Program-made: the position numbers and the translations under genes
In this document: positions 49,404 to 58,665 of the stretch, piece after piece
Numbering within the stretch: position 1 is the first letter of the stretch
Layout of the letters: every line of letters starts with the position of its first letter
Notes under the pieces: model-generated
Told to the model about the DNA's origin: nothing
Seen by the model: only the letters and a program-made list of their open reading frames with translations
The model's database searches: none
NCBI GenBank assembly: GCA_963839295.1
Contig: CAWIUK010000002.1
Coordinates: 186,330 to 250,329 of the forward strand
Source of the DNA: an uncultured Acidobacteriota bacterium
GTDB taxonomy: Bacteria > Acidobacteriota > Thermoanaerobaculia > UBA5066
Reading direction: 5' to 3'
DNA: 64,000 bases

Positions 49404-51565
49404 GGGTTCTTCTCGCCCTTCTCCGGGGCGGGCGCCGCGTCGAGCTCCTTCAGCGCGGCCTCCGCGGCCTTGGCGGCGTCGCCTCCCGGCGGCGCGACGC
49501 GGAGGATGTCGTCGTAGAGCCGGCGCGCGTCGCCCGTGCGCCCGGCGGCCCGGTAGAGGCCCGCGAGGCCGACGCGCGCCGGGAGCGCTTCCGGTGAGAC
49601 GGGCTCGGCGCGGAGGATTTCCTCGTAGAGCGTCTGGGCCCGGAGCGGGTCGCCCCCGCGCTCGGCGGCCTGCGCGAGGCGGAGGGTCGCCGTGCGGGCC
49701 GCCTCGGCGTCCGACCCCGCGCGAGCCTCCTCGTACGCGCGCAGGGCGTCGTCGCCGCGCCGGACGCTCTCGAAATACTCGCCGCGCTTGAGGAGAGACT
49801 CGCCGCGCGCGGCGGGGATCGCCGCGAGGCCGTCGAGGGACTTGAGGAGGCGGGCCTGGTCGCCGGTCCGCCTCGCAAGGTCCGCCATCGTACGCAGGAG
49901 GGCCGTGCGGGTCTCGACGCGCGACGTTTTCGCCACGGCAGCCGCGTAGAGGTCCCAGGCCGCGGCCCCGCCGCTTTCCTTCTCGGCGGAGGCGCCGCGC
50001 TCGAGGATCTGCGCGAGCGGCTCGTCCGCAGCCAGGCCGCCGGTCCGGCCGGCCGCGAGGTCGGCGCGGGCCGGCGCCGCCTCCGGCGCGAGGCCTTCGG
50101 GCAGCCTCGGCGCCCGGCGCGCCCACCAAGTGCCGGCGAGGACGACGGCGAGCACGGCGGCGGCCGCGAGCGCGATCCGGAGGCGCGCGCCGGGCCGGGC
50201 GGACGGCGCGGCGGGCAGCGTCCGCGGGCTCGCGGGAACGGAAGCCGGCGCGGGCCTTGCCGCGTGCGCGGGCCCCGGGTCGGATGAGACGAGCGACGCG
50301 ATCTGTCCCTGCGTGTACGGGTCCGGCGGCGCGAGGGACTGGAGCTTGCGGAAGAACCGCATGAGGTTCACGAAGTCGTGCTCGAGGCGGTAGAGCTTCG
50401 CGAGCTGCAGGAGGAGCGCGAGGTTGTCCGGCTCCTTTCGAAGCTCCTCCTCGAGCGTGCGGATCTTCGCGTTGTCGAGGGGCTTGACGCGCTGGCCCGC
50501 GCGCAGCGCCGCCGTCCGGAAGAGCTCCTGCGCCTTCGGGTCGTGCGGGGCGCAGGCGACGGTCCGGTACGCGGCCCAGAGTGCCTCCTCGGGCCGCGCC
50601 GAGGAGTCGTTCAGGAGCTTCTCGGCCGCCGCGGTGGACTCCTCGGCGAGCCGGTGATTGCGCGCCGCGACGAAGGCGCCGGGGTCGTCGAGGAAGGTGC
50701 GGAACAGGACGCCCGTCTTCTCGACGTGTTCCTTCTCGAAGACGGCCCGGAGCGCCGTCGAGGCCGTCGCGGCGTCCGGAAAGCGCAGGGAGCGGTCCTT
50801 CGCGTGGAGCCCGCGCAGGAACGTGTCGACGCCCGGGGGGATCGTCGGGTCGAGGAGCGACGGGAGCTCGGGCTCGGTCTCCGCGACGCGGCGCAGCGTG
50901 ACGGCGATCGAATCGGCCGTGAACGGGTTGTACCCGCAGAGGAGCTCGTAGAGGACCGTGCCCATCGAGAAGAGGTCGCTGCGCGCGTCCAGATCGTCGC
51001 CGCGCGCCTGCTCGGGGGACATGTGGGCGGGCGTCCCGACCACGGTTCCCGTCATCGTGAGGCGGGTGAGGTGCTCGGCGTGGCTGATCCCGAAGTCGCC
51101 GATCTTGACCGCGCCGTCCCGGGTCCACATGACGTTCTGCGGCTTGATGTCCCTGTGGATGATCCCTTTCCGGTGCGCGGCCGCGAGGCCGTTCAGGGCC
51201 TCGTCGACGGCGTAGAGCGCGATCTCCCACGGGAAGCGGCCCGTCTCCTGCCGCAGGCCGTGGAGCTCGCCGCCGTCCACGTACTCCATGACGATGTACG
51301 CGTTCGACGGCGTCGGGCTGCAATCGAGGAGCTCGACGATGTTCGGGTGCTTGAGCGCGATCTGGATCCGAATCTCGTGGAAGAAGCGGTCGAGGAAGTC
51401 CGGGTCCGTCGCGAGGTGCGGAAGAACCTTCTTGATCGCGACCCTGCGCCCGGTTCGCTCGTCGGTCGCGAGAAAGATCTCCGCCATGCCGCCGAGTGCG
51501 AGCCGGCGGACGATCTTGTAGTGGTCGATCCGCTCCGGCGCCGGAGGGCCGCCGCCTTCGGGCAT
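49400..51565 (-). CDS. Ser/Thr protein kinase with TM segment and C-terminal TPR repeats
   Basis: [25 protein letters not shown] and GTPAHMSPE motifs. Ala-rich TM, then TPR-like repeats. Confidence 0.93.
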   Translation of the reverse strand: MPEGGGPPAPERIDHYKIVRRLALGGMAEIFLATDERTGRRVAIKKVLPHLATDPDFLDRFFHEIRIQIALKHPNIVELLDCSPTPSNAYIVMEYVDGGELHGLRQETGRFPWEIALYAVDEALNGLAAAHRKGIIHRDIKPQNVMWTRDGAVKIGDFGISHAEHLTRLTMTGTVVGTPAHMSPEQARGDDLDARSDLFSMGTVLYELLCGYNPFTADSIAVTLRRVAETEPELPSLLDPTIPPGVDTFLRGLHAKDRSLRFPDAATASTALRAVFEKEHVEKTGVLFRTFLDDPGAFVAARNHRLAEESTAAAEKLLNDSSARPEEALWAAYRTVACAPHDPKAQELFRTAALRAGQRVKPLDNAKIRTLEEELRKEPDNLALLLQLAKLYRLEHDFVNLMRFFRKLQSLAPPDPYTQGQIASLVSSDPGPAHAARPAPASVPASPRTLPAAPSARPGARLRIALAAAAVLAVVLAGTWWARRAPRLPEGLAPEAAPARADLAAGRTGGLAADEPLAQILERGASAEKESGGAAAWDLYAAAVAKTSRVETRTALLRTMADLARRTGDQARLLKSLDGLAAIPAARGESLLKRGEYFESVRRGDDALRAYEEARAGSDAEAARTATLRLAQAAERGGDPLRAQTLYEEILRAEPVSPEALPARVGLAGLYRAAGRTGDARRLYDDILRVAPPGGDAAKAAEAALKELDAAPAPEKGEKNP

Positions 51566-51600
51566 GGTGCGGAGATCTTACGCGGCTACACTCCGCGGCC

Positions 51601-52422
51601 GTGACGCCCCGCGCCCCGGCCCCTCCCGTCCTCGCCGTCCTCGACGTGGGGTTCCACCGTCACCCGGACCTCGCCGCACGGCGGGTCGTCGCCTGCGTGG
51701 ACGCGACCTCCCGCCGCGTCGTCCCGTTCCGGTACGGGGCGAGGGGGACGGAGGCCGAGCACGGGACGCGGACGATGCTTCTCGCGGCCGGCAGCGGCCG
51801 CGCGAGCGGCCTCGTCTCCCCCGCGCCGCGCGCGAAGGTCGTCCTCGTGAAGGTCGGCGAAGGCGGGCGCGTCCCGCGCGCCGCGATCGTCCGCGCGTAC
51901 CGCTGGCTCGCGGCGCACGGGCCGGGGCTCGGGGTCCGCGTCGCGCTCTGCCCGTTCGGCGACGACGTCGAGCATCGGGGAAGCCGGAGCGAGGTGCCGG
52001 GGCTCGTCGCGGCGCTCGCCGCGCGCGGCATCGTCGTCGTCGCGGCGGCGGGCTGGGACCGCGCGAACGAAGTGGTCTCCCCCGCGCGCGCGAGGGACGC
52101 GATCGCGGTGGGCGGCTGGGACGTCGCGGAGGGCCGGCCCGCGCGCGGCCCCCGGGTCGGCCCCGTTGCAGGCGTCCTCAAGCCGGACCTCCTCGCGCCC
52201 TCGGTTCCGCTCGAGGTGCCGTGCCTCCTCGGGAGCCGGGCGCACGAGCGAGCCGGCGGAACGTCGTTCGCGGCCTCCCTCGTGGCGGGCGCCGCCCTCC
52301 GCATTCTCGAACGGGAGCCGGGGCTCGCGAAGGACGGCGTCCTCGCCCGGCTCACGGCGCTCGCCCGCCCCGTCCCGGGCCAGCCCCCCTTTCTCCCGCT
52401 CCGGGCGCTCCGGCGGGGCTGA
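51601..52422 (+). CDS. Small S8 (subtilisin-like) serine peptidase homolog
   Basis: From GTG 51601: VLDVGF (Asp), EHGTRT (His), [12 protein letters not shown] (Ser). Confidence 0.7.
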   Translation: MTPRAPAPPVLAVLDVGFHRHPDLAARRVVACVDATSRRVVPFRYGARGTEAEHGTRTMLLAAGSGRASGLVSPAPRAKVVLVKVGEGGRVPRAAIVRAYRWLAAHGPGLGVRVALCPFGDDVEHRGSRSEVPGLVAALAARGIVVVAAAGWDRANEVVSPARARDAIAVGGWDVAEGRPARGPRVGPVAGVLKPDLLAPSVPLEVPCLLGSRAHERAGGTSFAASLVAGAALRILEREPGLAKDGVLARLTALARPVPGQPPFLPLRALRRG

Positions 52423-52518
52423 CCCCCGATTTCCCGGGATTTCCGGGGCTCTGCGTCTGGACTCAGATGCAACTGCACCATTCCAATCGGCTTTCGGGAA
52501 GGGCATCGTTTCTCCACC

Positions 52519-52998
52519 ATGAGCGGAAACACCGACGAACGCCGCGTTTTCGACGAGTTCTTGAAGCGCAAGGGGCTGAAGGTCACGCGCGAGAGGACGG
52601 CCGTATTCGACGAGATCTTCTCGACGCACCGGCACTTCGACGCCGACGACCTCGTGAGCCGGATGCGCGAGCGCGGCACGAAGATCAGCCGCGCGACGAT
52701 CTACCGCACGCTCGAGCTGCTGTACGGCTGCGGGCTCGTGGGGCGGGTCCGCCTGAACGAGGAGAAGTACCGCTACGAGCGGCTCCGCAAGGGCGAGCAC
52801 CACGACCACCTCGTCTGCACGAACTGCGGCAAGGTCGTCGAGTTCATCGACGGCGCCATCGAGAAGCGCCAGGACGCGGTGTGCAAGGAGCACGACTTCG
52901 TCGCGACCTCGCACTCGCACCAGATCTGGGGCCTCTGCGGAGCCTGCCGGAAGGTCGCGCTGAAGGCGCCGGGCCGGGCCTCCGTCACCGCCGCGTAG
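52519..52998 (+). CDS. Fur-family metal-responsive transcriptional regulator
   Basis: RATIYRTLELL winged helix, HHDHLVCTNCG and a C-terminal CGAC motif. Confidence 0.9.
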   Translation: MSGNTDERRVFDEFLKRKGLKVTRERTAVFDEIFSTHRHFDADDLVSRMRERGTKISRATIYRTLELLYGCGLVGRVRLNEEKYRYERLRKGEHHDHLVCTNCGKVVEFIDGAIEKRQDAVCKEHDFVATSHSHQIWGLCGACRKVALKAPGRASVTAA

Positions 52999-53008
52999 AC
53001 TCGGGCGC

Positions 53009-54430
53009 GTGCCCGTCGCCGTCGTCTGGCTGCGGCGGAACCTCCGCCTCGACGACAACCGTGTGCTCGACGCGGCCCTCCGGGCCGCGGACGCGGTCGT
53101 TCCGGTCTTCGTCCTGGACGATCATTACCTGGCGGAGGACTTCTCCCCGCCGCGCCTGGCATTCCTCGCCGGGTCGCTGACGGAGCTCGCCGCCGCGCTC
53201 GGAAGGAAGGGCGGCCGTCTCGTCGTCCGCAGGGGACCCGCGGGGGAGGCTCTCGGGGCGCTCTGCCGCGAGACGGGTGCGGACGCGGTCTTCACGCACG
53301 CGGACCACGAGCCCCACGGCGCCTCGCTCCTCGAGGAGGCGCGGGGCTCGCTCGAGGCCCAGGGGACGTCCCTCCACGCCGTCGAGGACCTGCTCCTTCT
53401 TCCGCCCGGCGGGATCGCGACCCGGGAGGGCCGGCCGTTCACGGTCTACACGCCGTTCTCGCGCCGCTGGCTCGAGGCCGACAAGCCCGCTCCCGTCCCC
53501 GAGTCCGCGCACGTCCCGGCGCCCGCCGCCGTCCTCTCCCCCGCGTTTCCGTCGATCCCCCTCGGGAAGGTGCGCGGGTTCCTCGAGACCGGTCCGCCCG
53601 GGAACCCCCGGGGCGGGGCCTCCGAGGCCCGGCGGACGTGGGACGCGTTCCGCGCGTCCGCGCTTCTGCGCTATGCGGTCGAGCGCGACCGGCCGGACCT
53701 CCCCGGGACGTCGCGCCTGTCGCCGCACCTGCGCTTCGGGACGATCGGCGTCCGACGCGTCCTCGCCGAAGCGCGCGAGGCGTGGAGGGACGCTCCGCCG
53801 TCGGGGAGGAAAGGAATCGAGACGTTCGTGAAGGAGCTCTGCTGGCGCGAGTTCTACGCGGGCATCCTCGCCGCGTTTCCGCGCGTCCTGACGGAGAACT
53901 TCCGGAAGGAGTTCGACGCGTTTTCGTGGGCGACGGGCGCGGAAGCCGAGCGCCGTTTCACGGCGTGGGCCGAGGGGAAGACGGGCACCCCGATCGTGGA
54001 CGCGGGGATGCGCCAGCTCCTCGCCGAGGGCTGGATGCACAACCGCGTGCGGATGATCGTCGCGTCCTTCCTGACGAAGGACCTCCTCGTGGACTGGCGG
54101 CGCGGAGAAGCGTTCTTCCGGCGGCATCTCGCGGACGGCGATCCCGCCTCGAACAACGGCGGCTGGCAGTGGGCCGCCGGGTGCGGGACGGATGCGCAGC
54201 CGTTCTTCCGGATCTTCAATCCCGTCCTGCAGGGGAGGAAGTTCGATCCCGGCGCGGCATACGTGAAGAGATGGGTGCCGGAGCTCGCGGGCGTCGAGGC
54301 GGCCCCGGCGGATCTCCACGCGCCGTGGACGCTCCCGAACCCGCCCGCGGACTACCCCGTTCCCGTCGTCGAGCATTCCGAGGCGAGGAAGGCGGCCCTC
54401 GCGGCGTTCGCGTCCCTGAGGAAGGGCTGA
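53009..54430 (+). CDS. phr: Deoxyribodipyrimidine photolyase (class I CPD/cryptochrome family)
   Basis: VVWLRRNLRLDDN, TSRLSPHLRFG, WREFY, GWMHNRVRM and NNGGWQW motifs. Confidence 0.93.
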   Translation: MPVAVVWLRRNLRLDDNRVLDAALRAADAVVPVFVLDDHYLAEDFSPPRLAFLAGSLTELAAALGRKGGRLVVRRGPAGEALGALCRETGADAVFTHADHEPHGASLLEEARGSLEAQGTSLHAVEDLLLLPPGGIATREGRPFTVYTPFSRRWLEADKPAPVPESAHVPAPAAVLSPAFPSIPLGKVRGFLETGPPGNPRGGASEARRTWDAFRASALLRYAVERDRPDLPGTSRLSPHLRFGTIGVRRVLAEAREAWRDAPPSGRKGIETFVKELCWREFYAGILAAFPRVLTENFRKEFDAFSWATGAEAERRFTAWAEGKTGTPIVDAGMRQLLAEGWMHNRVRMIVASFLTKDLLVDWRRGEAFFRRHLADGDPASNNGGWQWAAGCGTDAQPFFRIFNPVLQGRKFDPGAAYVKRWVPELAGVEAAPADLHAPWTLPNPPADYPVPVVEHSEARKAALAAFASLRKG

Positions 54431-54437
54431 GGCCGGC

Positions 54438-56567
54438 CTACGGCGAAAGGGGCGTGGCGGCGTCGAGATGCGGGGCTTGCGTGTCGAGCGGGAGGCCGTA
54501 GAGCGCCGCGTACGCGCCCTGGAAATAGAGGACGCGCTTGACGTAGACGCGCGTCTCGGCGATCGGGATCGACTCGAGGAACTCGTCGGACGCCACGGAG
54601 CCCGCGGCCTTCTTCCACGACCGCACGCGCCCGGGCCCCGCGTTGTAGGCCGCGACGGCCGACGCCGTGTCGCCGTGGAACTCGGCGAGGAGGTCGCGCA
54701 GGTAGGCGGCGCCGAGACGGACGTTCTCGCCGGGGTCCCTGAGGTCGGGCCGCCCCTTGCCGCCGTTCTCGCGCCGGAAGAGCGTCCGCCCCGTCGCGGG
54801 CATCACCTGCATGAGACCGAGCGCGCCGGCCTTCGAGCGGATGTCGGCCGTGAAGACGCTCTCCTGCCGGATGACGCCGAAGAGCAGCGAGACGGGGACG
54901 CCTGCCCGCAGGGCCTCGGCCTCGACGAGGGCCGCGTGCGCGAACGGGTAGAACGCCCGGCGCGCCTCGTCGGGCACGGCGCCCTCCTCGGGCGTCCCGA
55001 GCTCGGGATAACGGCGCTTCAGGAGGGCGGCGGCGCGGCGGTAGTCGCCCGTCCCGGCGGCGACGCGGGCGGAGAACACGGGGTCGGGCGCGGCCTCGAG
55101 TTCGGCGGCGTCGCCGGCGAGGTTTGGGAAGCCGCACAGCAGGAACTCGCGCGACGGGGCGAGCGGCGTGTCGCTCTCGGCCGAGGTGTCCTCGGACGCG
55201 ACGGGCGCGGGCGCGGCGACGGACATGCCGAGCGCCGCGGCGGCCCACCGTGCGTAGAGATCGGGCGCGGCCCCGGGAACGAGGTTCGCGTAGAGGCTGC
55301 GTGCGCCCGGCGCGTCGCCGAGGCGCTCCTTCGAGCGCCCGGCCCAGTACGTCGCGCGCCGCCGGACGCTCACGTCGCGCCAGAGCGCGGCCTGGTCCTC
55401 GAACGCCCGCGCGGCCTCGGCGAAACGGCCGGCCGTGTAGAGGTCGAAGGCGTCGCGAAACGACTCGGCGGCGCCCGCGTCGTTCCCGGGGTCGATCTCG
55501 AGAAGGCGCGGGAGGAGGGCCGTCGCCTCGTCCTTCCGGCCGGCGCGGAGGGCGAGGCGGACGCCGCCCTCGAGGACGCGTCGACGGTCCTCGTCGGCGA
55601 GCGCTCGCGCGAGAAGGGCGGGGAGGTCGGCAAGGCGCGCGTCCGCCCGCGCGCGCTGAGCGGGAGAGAGCGCCGGCGGGGCCTTGGGCGGAGCCGGCCT
55701 GGCGCCGCGCCGACGGCGGGTGTGGCGCGCGGGGGCCGGCGCCAGGACGCGCGCATCCGCGAGCCACGAGAGGGCGGCGCGGTGGAGCGATTCCGCCTCG
55801 GAGATCCCGTCGGGCGGCGGGAGCGCGAGGATCCGCTGCGCGTCCTTCGGTCCGCCAGCGGCGAGCCAGGCCTCGGCGGCCGCGGTCCTGACGCCCGCGG
55901 GAGGCGTGGTGCCGAGCGACTTGAGGAGCGAGGCGGCCTGCTTCGGGTCGCGCGCGGCGATGGCGCGCGCGCGGGCCGCGCGGGCTGCGGCGGGCGCGAT
56001 CTTCGCCGCGGCGTCGAACTCGGCGCGGTCCGCCTCGTCGAAGAGGTCGGACGCGCGCTCGGGCGCGTCCGGCCACGCTCCCACGAGGGCGGCGAGCGTG
56101 CGGCGCCCCGCGTCGCGCGACTCCGCCGCCCGCGCGAGAGCGAGCGCCCGGGCGATCGAGGCGCGCGGGTGGCGCGGGTCGGGCTCGCCCCGCGCGGCGA
56201 GCGCGTCGCGCACCGCGCGCTTCTCGGCCGCCGTCGCGGCGAGGCGCGCGGCGTCGCCGAGGGCCTCGCGGGCGAGGACCTCGCCCTGCGAGGACGCATA
56301 GGCGAGAAGCGCGGCGACCGAAGTCTTCCTCGCGGGAATGCCGGCGGAGAGCCCGATCCACGGCGCGAGGCCCGGGAGGCCGAGCGGGGCGCCGTCGAGC
56401 CCGGCGACGAACGCCGGAGCCGTGCCGTCGGCGCGCGCGAGCGCGACCGCGGCGGACGCGAAGGCCCGCCGCAGGGCGGGCAGCCGTACGGCGACCGGCG
56501 CGGGAGCGTCCGGCGGGAGGCCGGGCGCGGCGAGGACCGCGAGAAGCGCGGCGACGGCGGGGCTCAG
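54438..56567 (-). CDS. slt: Soluble lytic murein transglycosylase (Slt70-like); the signal peptide is reachable only from CTG 56567
   Basis: IRQESVFTADIRSKAGALGLMQVMP and AYNAGPGRV motifs. The track ORF starts at GTG 56213, but the frame stays open and coding-like upstream (SPAVAALLAVLAAPG). Confidence 0.85.
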   Translation of the reverse strand: MSPAVAALLAVLAAPGLPPDAPAPVAVRLPALRRAFASAAVALARADGTAPAFVAGLDGAPLGLPGLAPWIGLSAGIPARKTSVAALLAYASSQGEVLAREALGDAARLAATAAEKRAVRDALAARGEPDPRHPRASIARALALARAAESRDAGRRTLAALVGAWPDAPERASDLFDEADRAEFDAAAKIAPAAARAARARAIAARDPKQAASLLKSLGTTPPAGVRTAAAEAWLAAGGPKDAQRILALPPPDGISEAESLHRAALSWLADARVLAPAPARHTRRRRGARPAPPKAPPALSPAQRARADARLADLPALLARALADEDRRRVLEGGVRLALRAGRKDEATALLPRLLEIDPGNDAGAAESFRDAFDLYTAGRFAEAARAFEDQAALWRDVSVRRRATYWAGRSKERLGDAPGARSLYANLVPGAAPDLYARWAAAALGMSVAAPAPVASEDTSAESDTPLAPSREFLLCGFPNLAGDAAELEAAPDPVFSARVAAGTGDYRRAAALLKRRYPELGTPEEGAVPDEARRAFYPFAHAALVEAEALRAGVPVSLLFGVIRQESVFTADIRSKAGALGLMQVMPATGRTLFRRENGGKGRPDLRDPGENVRLGAAYLRDLLAEFHGDTASAVAAYNAGPGRVRSWKKAAGSVASDEFLESIPIAETRVYVKRVLYFQGAYAALYGLPLDTQAPHLDAATPLSP

Positions 56568-56577
56568 GGAATCCCGC

Positions 56578-58254
56578 TCAGCCCATCGACCCGAGCGACT
56601 CGGCGCGCCCGTCCGCGAGGATCCGGACGAGCTCGTCCTTGAAGAAGTCGTTCTCGCGGCGAATGTGCTCCGGCGTGCGCTCGTCGTAGACCTGCCGGCT
56701 CCGCTCGATGTCGTCCTTGAGGCGCTCGTAGAGGTCGCCGGCCGCGCGACCCTCGTCGACCTTCTTCTCGTTGTAGAGCTTGATCTCGGAGATCAGGAGA
56801 CGGGCGAGGCGGCGCGCGTCGTCGAGCGAGCGCTGCGGACCGTCGGCGGTGCCCGCGCGGCCGCGCGGCACGAAGCCCGAGATCGGGCGGATCCCGGCGT
56901 CCTTCGGCGGGAGAACGGCGGAGACGCCCGTGCGAGGCGCGGGTTTCTGGACCGTGACGTCCTCGACGCCGGGCGCCGAGCCGCGCAGGGCCGCGCTGGA
57001 CGCGCGAAGCGCCTCGAAGGCGCCCGTGAAGTCTCCCGTCGACGCGCCCGAGAGCGGCGACGGGATGCCGGACGGCGGAGGCGGCACCGACGGGCTGGGC
57101 GGGGGCGTGATCGACGGGTAGGGGAGCGAGGCTGCGGGCGCCGGCATCGGCGGCGGCGGGGGCGGCGCCCCGAGAGACGGGATCGCGCTCGTGAGGCCGG
57201 GGTCCGAGAACATGTGCCGCGGCGCCGGAATCGCGCGCTTGCCCGACTCCTCGATCGCGCGCAGGGCCTCTCGCGCGTCGGTGGGACGCAGGCGCGGCGA
57301 CGCGGGCGGCGGCGGAGGCGGAGCCGCGGGCATCGCGACGGTCGCGGCGGGAGGCGCGACGGGCGCGGCGATCGTCGCGGCCGTCGGCGCCATCGAGAGC
57401 GAGTCGAGATCCGGCGGCGCGGGCGCCGGTGCGGCGATCGTGGCGCCCGCAGGGACGTGCTCGAAGCGGGCGATCCTCTCGCCGGTGGGCGTGAGAGTCG
57501 GGGAGGGGATCTTCTTCCTCGCGGCGAGGAGGTCGACGGCGAGCCCCGTCACGAACGTGAGGACCTCGATCGCGGCCTCGTTGAGACGCCCCTCCTCGCC
57601 GGGCAGCTCGTCCGCGCAGACGAGTCCGGCCAGGCGGTCGCGGATGACCATCGGGACGAGGAGCGTTCGTGCGGGCGCGGGCCCCGAGAGCGCACGGCGC
57701 AGCGGCGAGCGCTCGTCGGGCGGCTCGGCGAGCATCGAGCGCTGGCCTTTCAGCACGGCCGCGACGAAGGGGTCGTCCTCGGTCGAGAGGTCCACGGAAC
57801 GGACCGACTCGTCGCGCCCGCCCGTCGCGTCGTAGCCGACGGCCTTCCAGCCCGTGAGCCGGTCGTTGCGCAGGACGAGGAGGGCGACGCGCGAGGCGTG
57901 TGCCTGCGTCTGCGAGAGGAAGCGCGAGAGGACGTCCACCTGCGTGCGCGCGGACTCGACGGCCGCGAACGAGCCGCGGACGACGGTCCAGTCGGCCTGC
58001 GCGGGCGCGGCCGGCGCCGCGGCCCTGGGTGCGGACGCGGAGGCGGGCGCGGCGTCCTCGAGCATGAGGGCGACGATGTCCTCGGGGAACAGCGGCTTGG
58101 CCTGCGCGGGGATCTTTTCGGACAGGGACGCGAGGAGCGCCTCGATGTCCCGGCGGGCGTCGACGAGACCCGACTTCCACGTCGCGAGGTGGTCCTCGAG
58201 GTGCGTGGACAGCGATTCGATCAACCGGCGTGTCGCGGCGGGATCCACGGACAT
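56578..58254 (-). CDS. GAF-like domain protein with long Pro-rich linker and conserved charged C-terminal helix
   Basis: Trimmed to ATG 58254. RVALLVLRNDRLTGWKAVGY..LLVPMVIRDRLAGLVCADE (GAF-like). PPPPPP tracts. C-terminal LARLLISEIKLYNEKKVDEGR. Confidence 0.6.
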   Translation of the reverse strand: MSVDPAATRRLIESLSTHLEDHLATWKSGLVDARRDIEALLASLSEKIPAQAKPLFPEDIVALMLEDAAPASASAPRAAAPAAPAQADWTVVRGSFAAVESARTQVDVLSRFLSQTQAHASRVALLVLRNDRLTGWKAVGYDATGGRDESVRSVDLSTEDDPFVAAVLKGQRSMLAEPPDERSPLRRALSGPAPARTLLVPMVIRDRLAGLVCADELPGEEGRLNEAAIEVLTFVTGLAVDLLAARKKIPSPTLTPTGERIARFEHVPAGATIAAPAPAPPDLDSLSMAPTAATIAAPVAPPAATVAMPAAPPPPPPASPRLRPTDAREALRAIEESGKRAIPAPRHMFSDPGLTSAIPSLGAPPPPPPMPAPAASLPYPSITPPPSPSVPPPPSGIPSPLSGASTGDFTGAFEALRASSAALRGSAPGVEDVTVQKPAPRTGVSAVLPPKDAGIRPISGFVPRGRAGTADGPQRSLDDARRLARLLISEIKLYNEKKVDEGRAAGDLYERLKDDIERSRQVYDERTPEHIRRENDFFKDELVRILADGRAESLGSMG

Positions 58255-58350
58255 ACGTCTCCTGACGGCGCCAGAGCTTGGGCCCATTCGGCGTCGTGTC
58301 CCGGCATTATATTCAAACGGAACGACTTGGGTCGCCCGGATGCGGCCGGA

Positions 58351-58379
58351 TTGACGGGCGGCCTCCCGCCCCTTAGCAT
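58351..58379 (+). promoter_or_regulatory. Sigma-70-type promoter upstream of rpsU
   Basis: TTGACG, a 17-nt spacer, then TAGCAT, about 70 nt upstream of GTG 58448. GGAAGGAGGG SD precedes the start. Confidence 0.45.
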
Positions 58380-58447
58380 GTGGGGTTTGCCCGCGTCCGG
58401 AGCCTCGTGTCCGGACCAGTCGGGGCGCGGAAGGAGGGATTCCAAAA

Positions 58448-58654
58448 GTGCCGCTGATCCACGTCAAAGAGGACGAGTCGTTCGAGAACGCCCTGCGCCG
58501 TTTCAAGCGCAAGTGCGAGAAGTCCGGCATCCTCTCCGAGCTCAAGAAGCGTCAGCACTACGAGAAGCCCTCGGCCAAGCGGAAACGCAAGGCCATCGCC
58601 GCCCGCAAGAAGATGCTCCGCAAACTCGCCGAAGAGCGCCGCACCGGGATGTAA
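58448..58654 (+). CDS. rpsU: 30S ribosomal protein S21
   Basis: [42 protein letters not shown]. Confidence 0.95.
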   Translation: MPLIHVKEDESFENALRRFKRKCEKSGILSELKKRQHYEKPSAKRKRKAIAARKKMLRKLAEERRTGM

Positions 58655-58665
58655 ATTCCCGGTCC

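Noticed and set aside
57100-57450. Repetitive GC-rich stretch as a possible tandem repeat or CRISPR-like array
   Set aside because: It is the Pro/Ala-rich low-complexity linker of the GAF-like protein read on the minus strand. There is no regular repeat-spacer periodicity.
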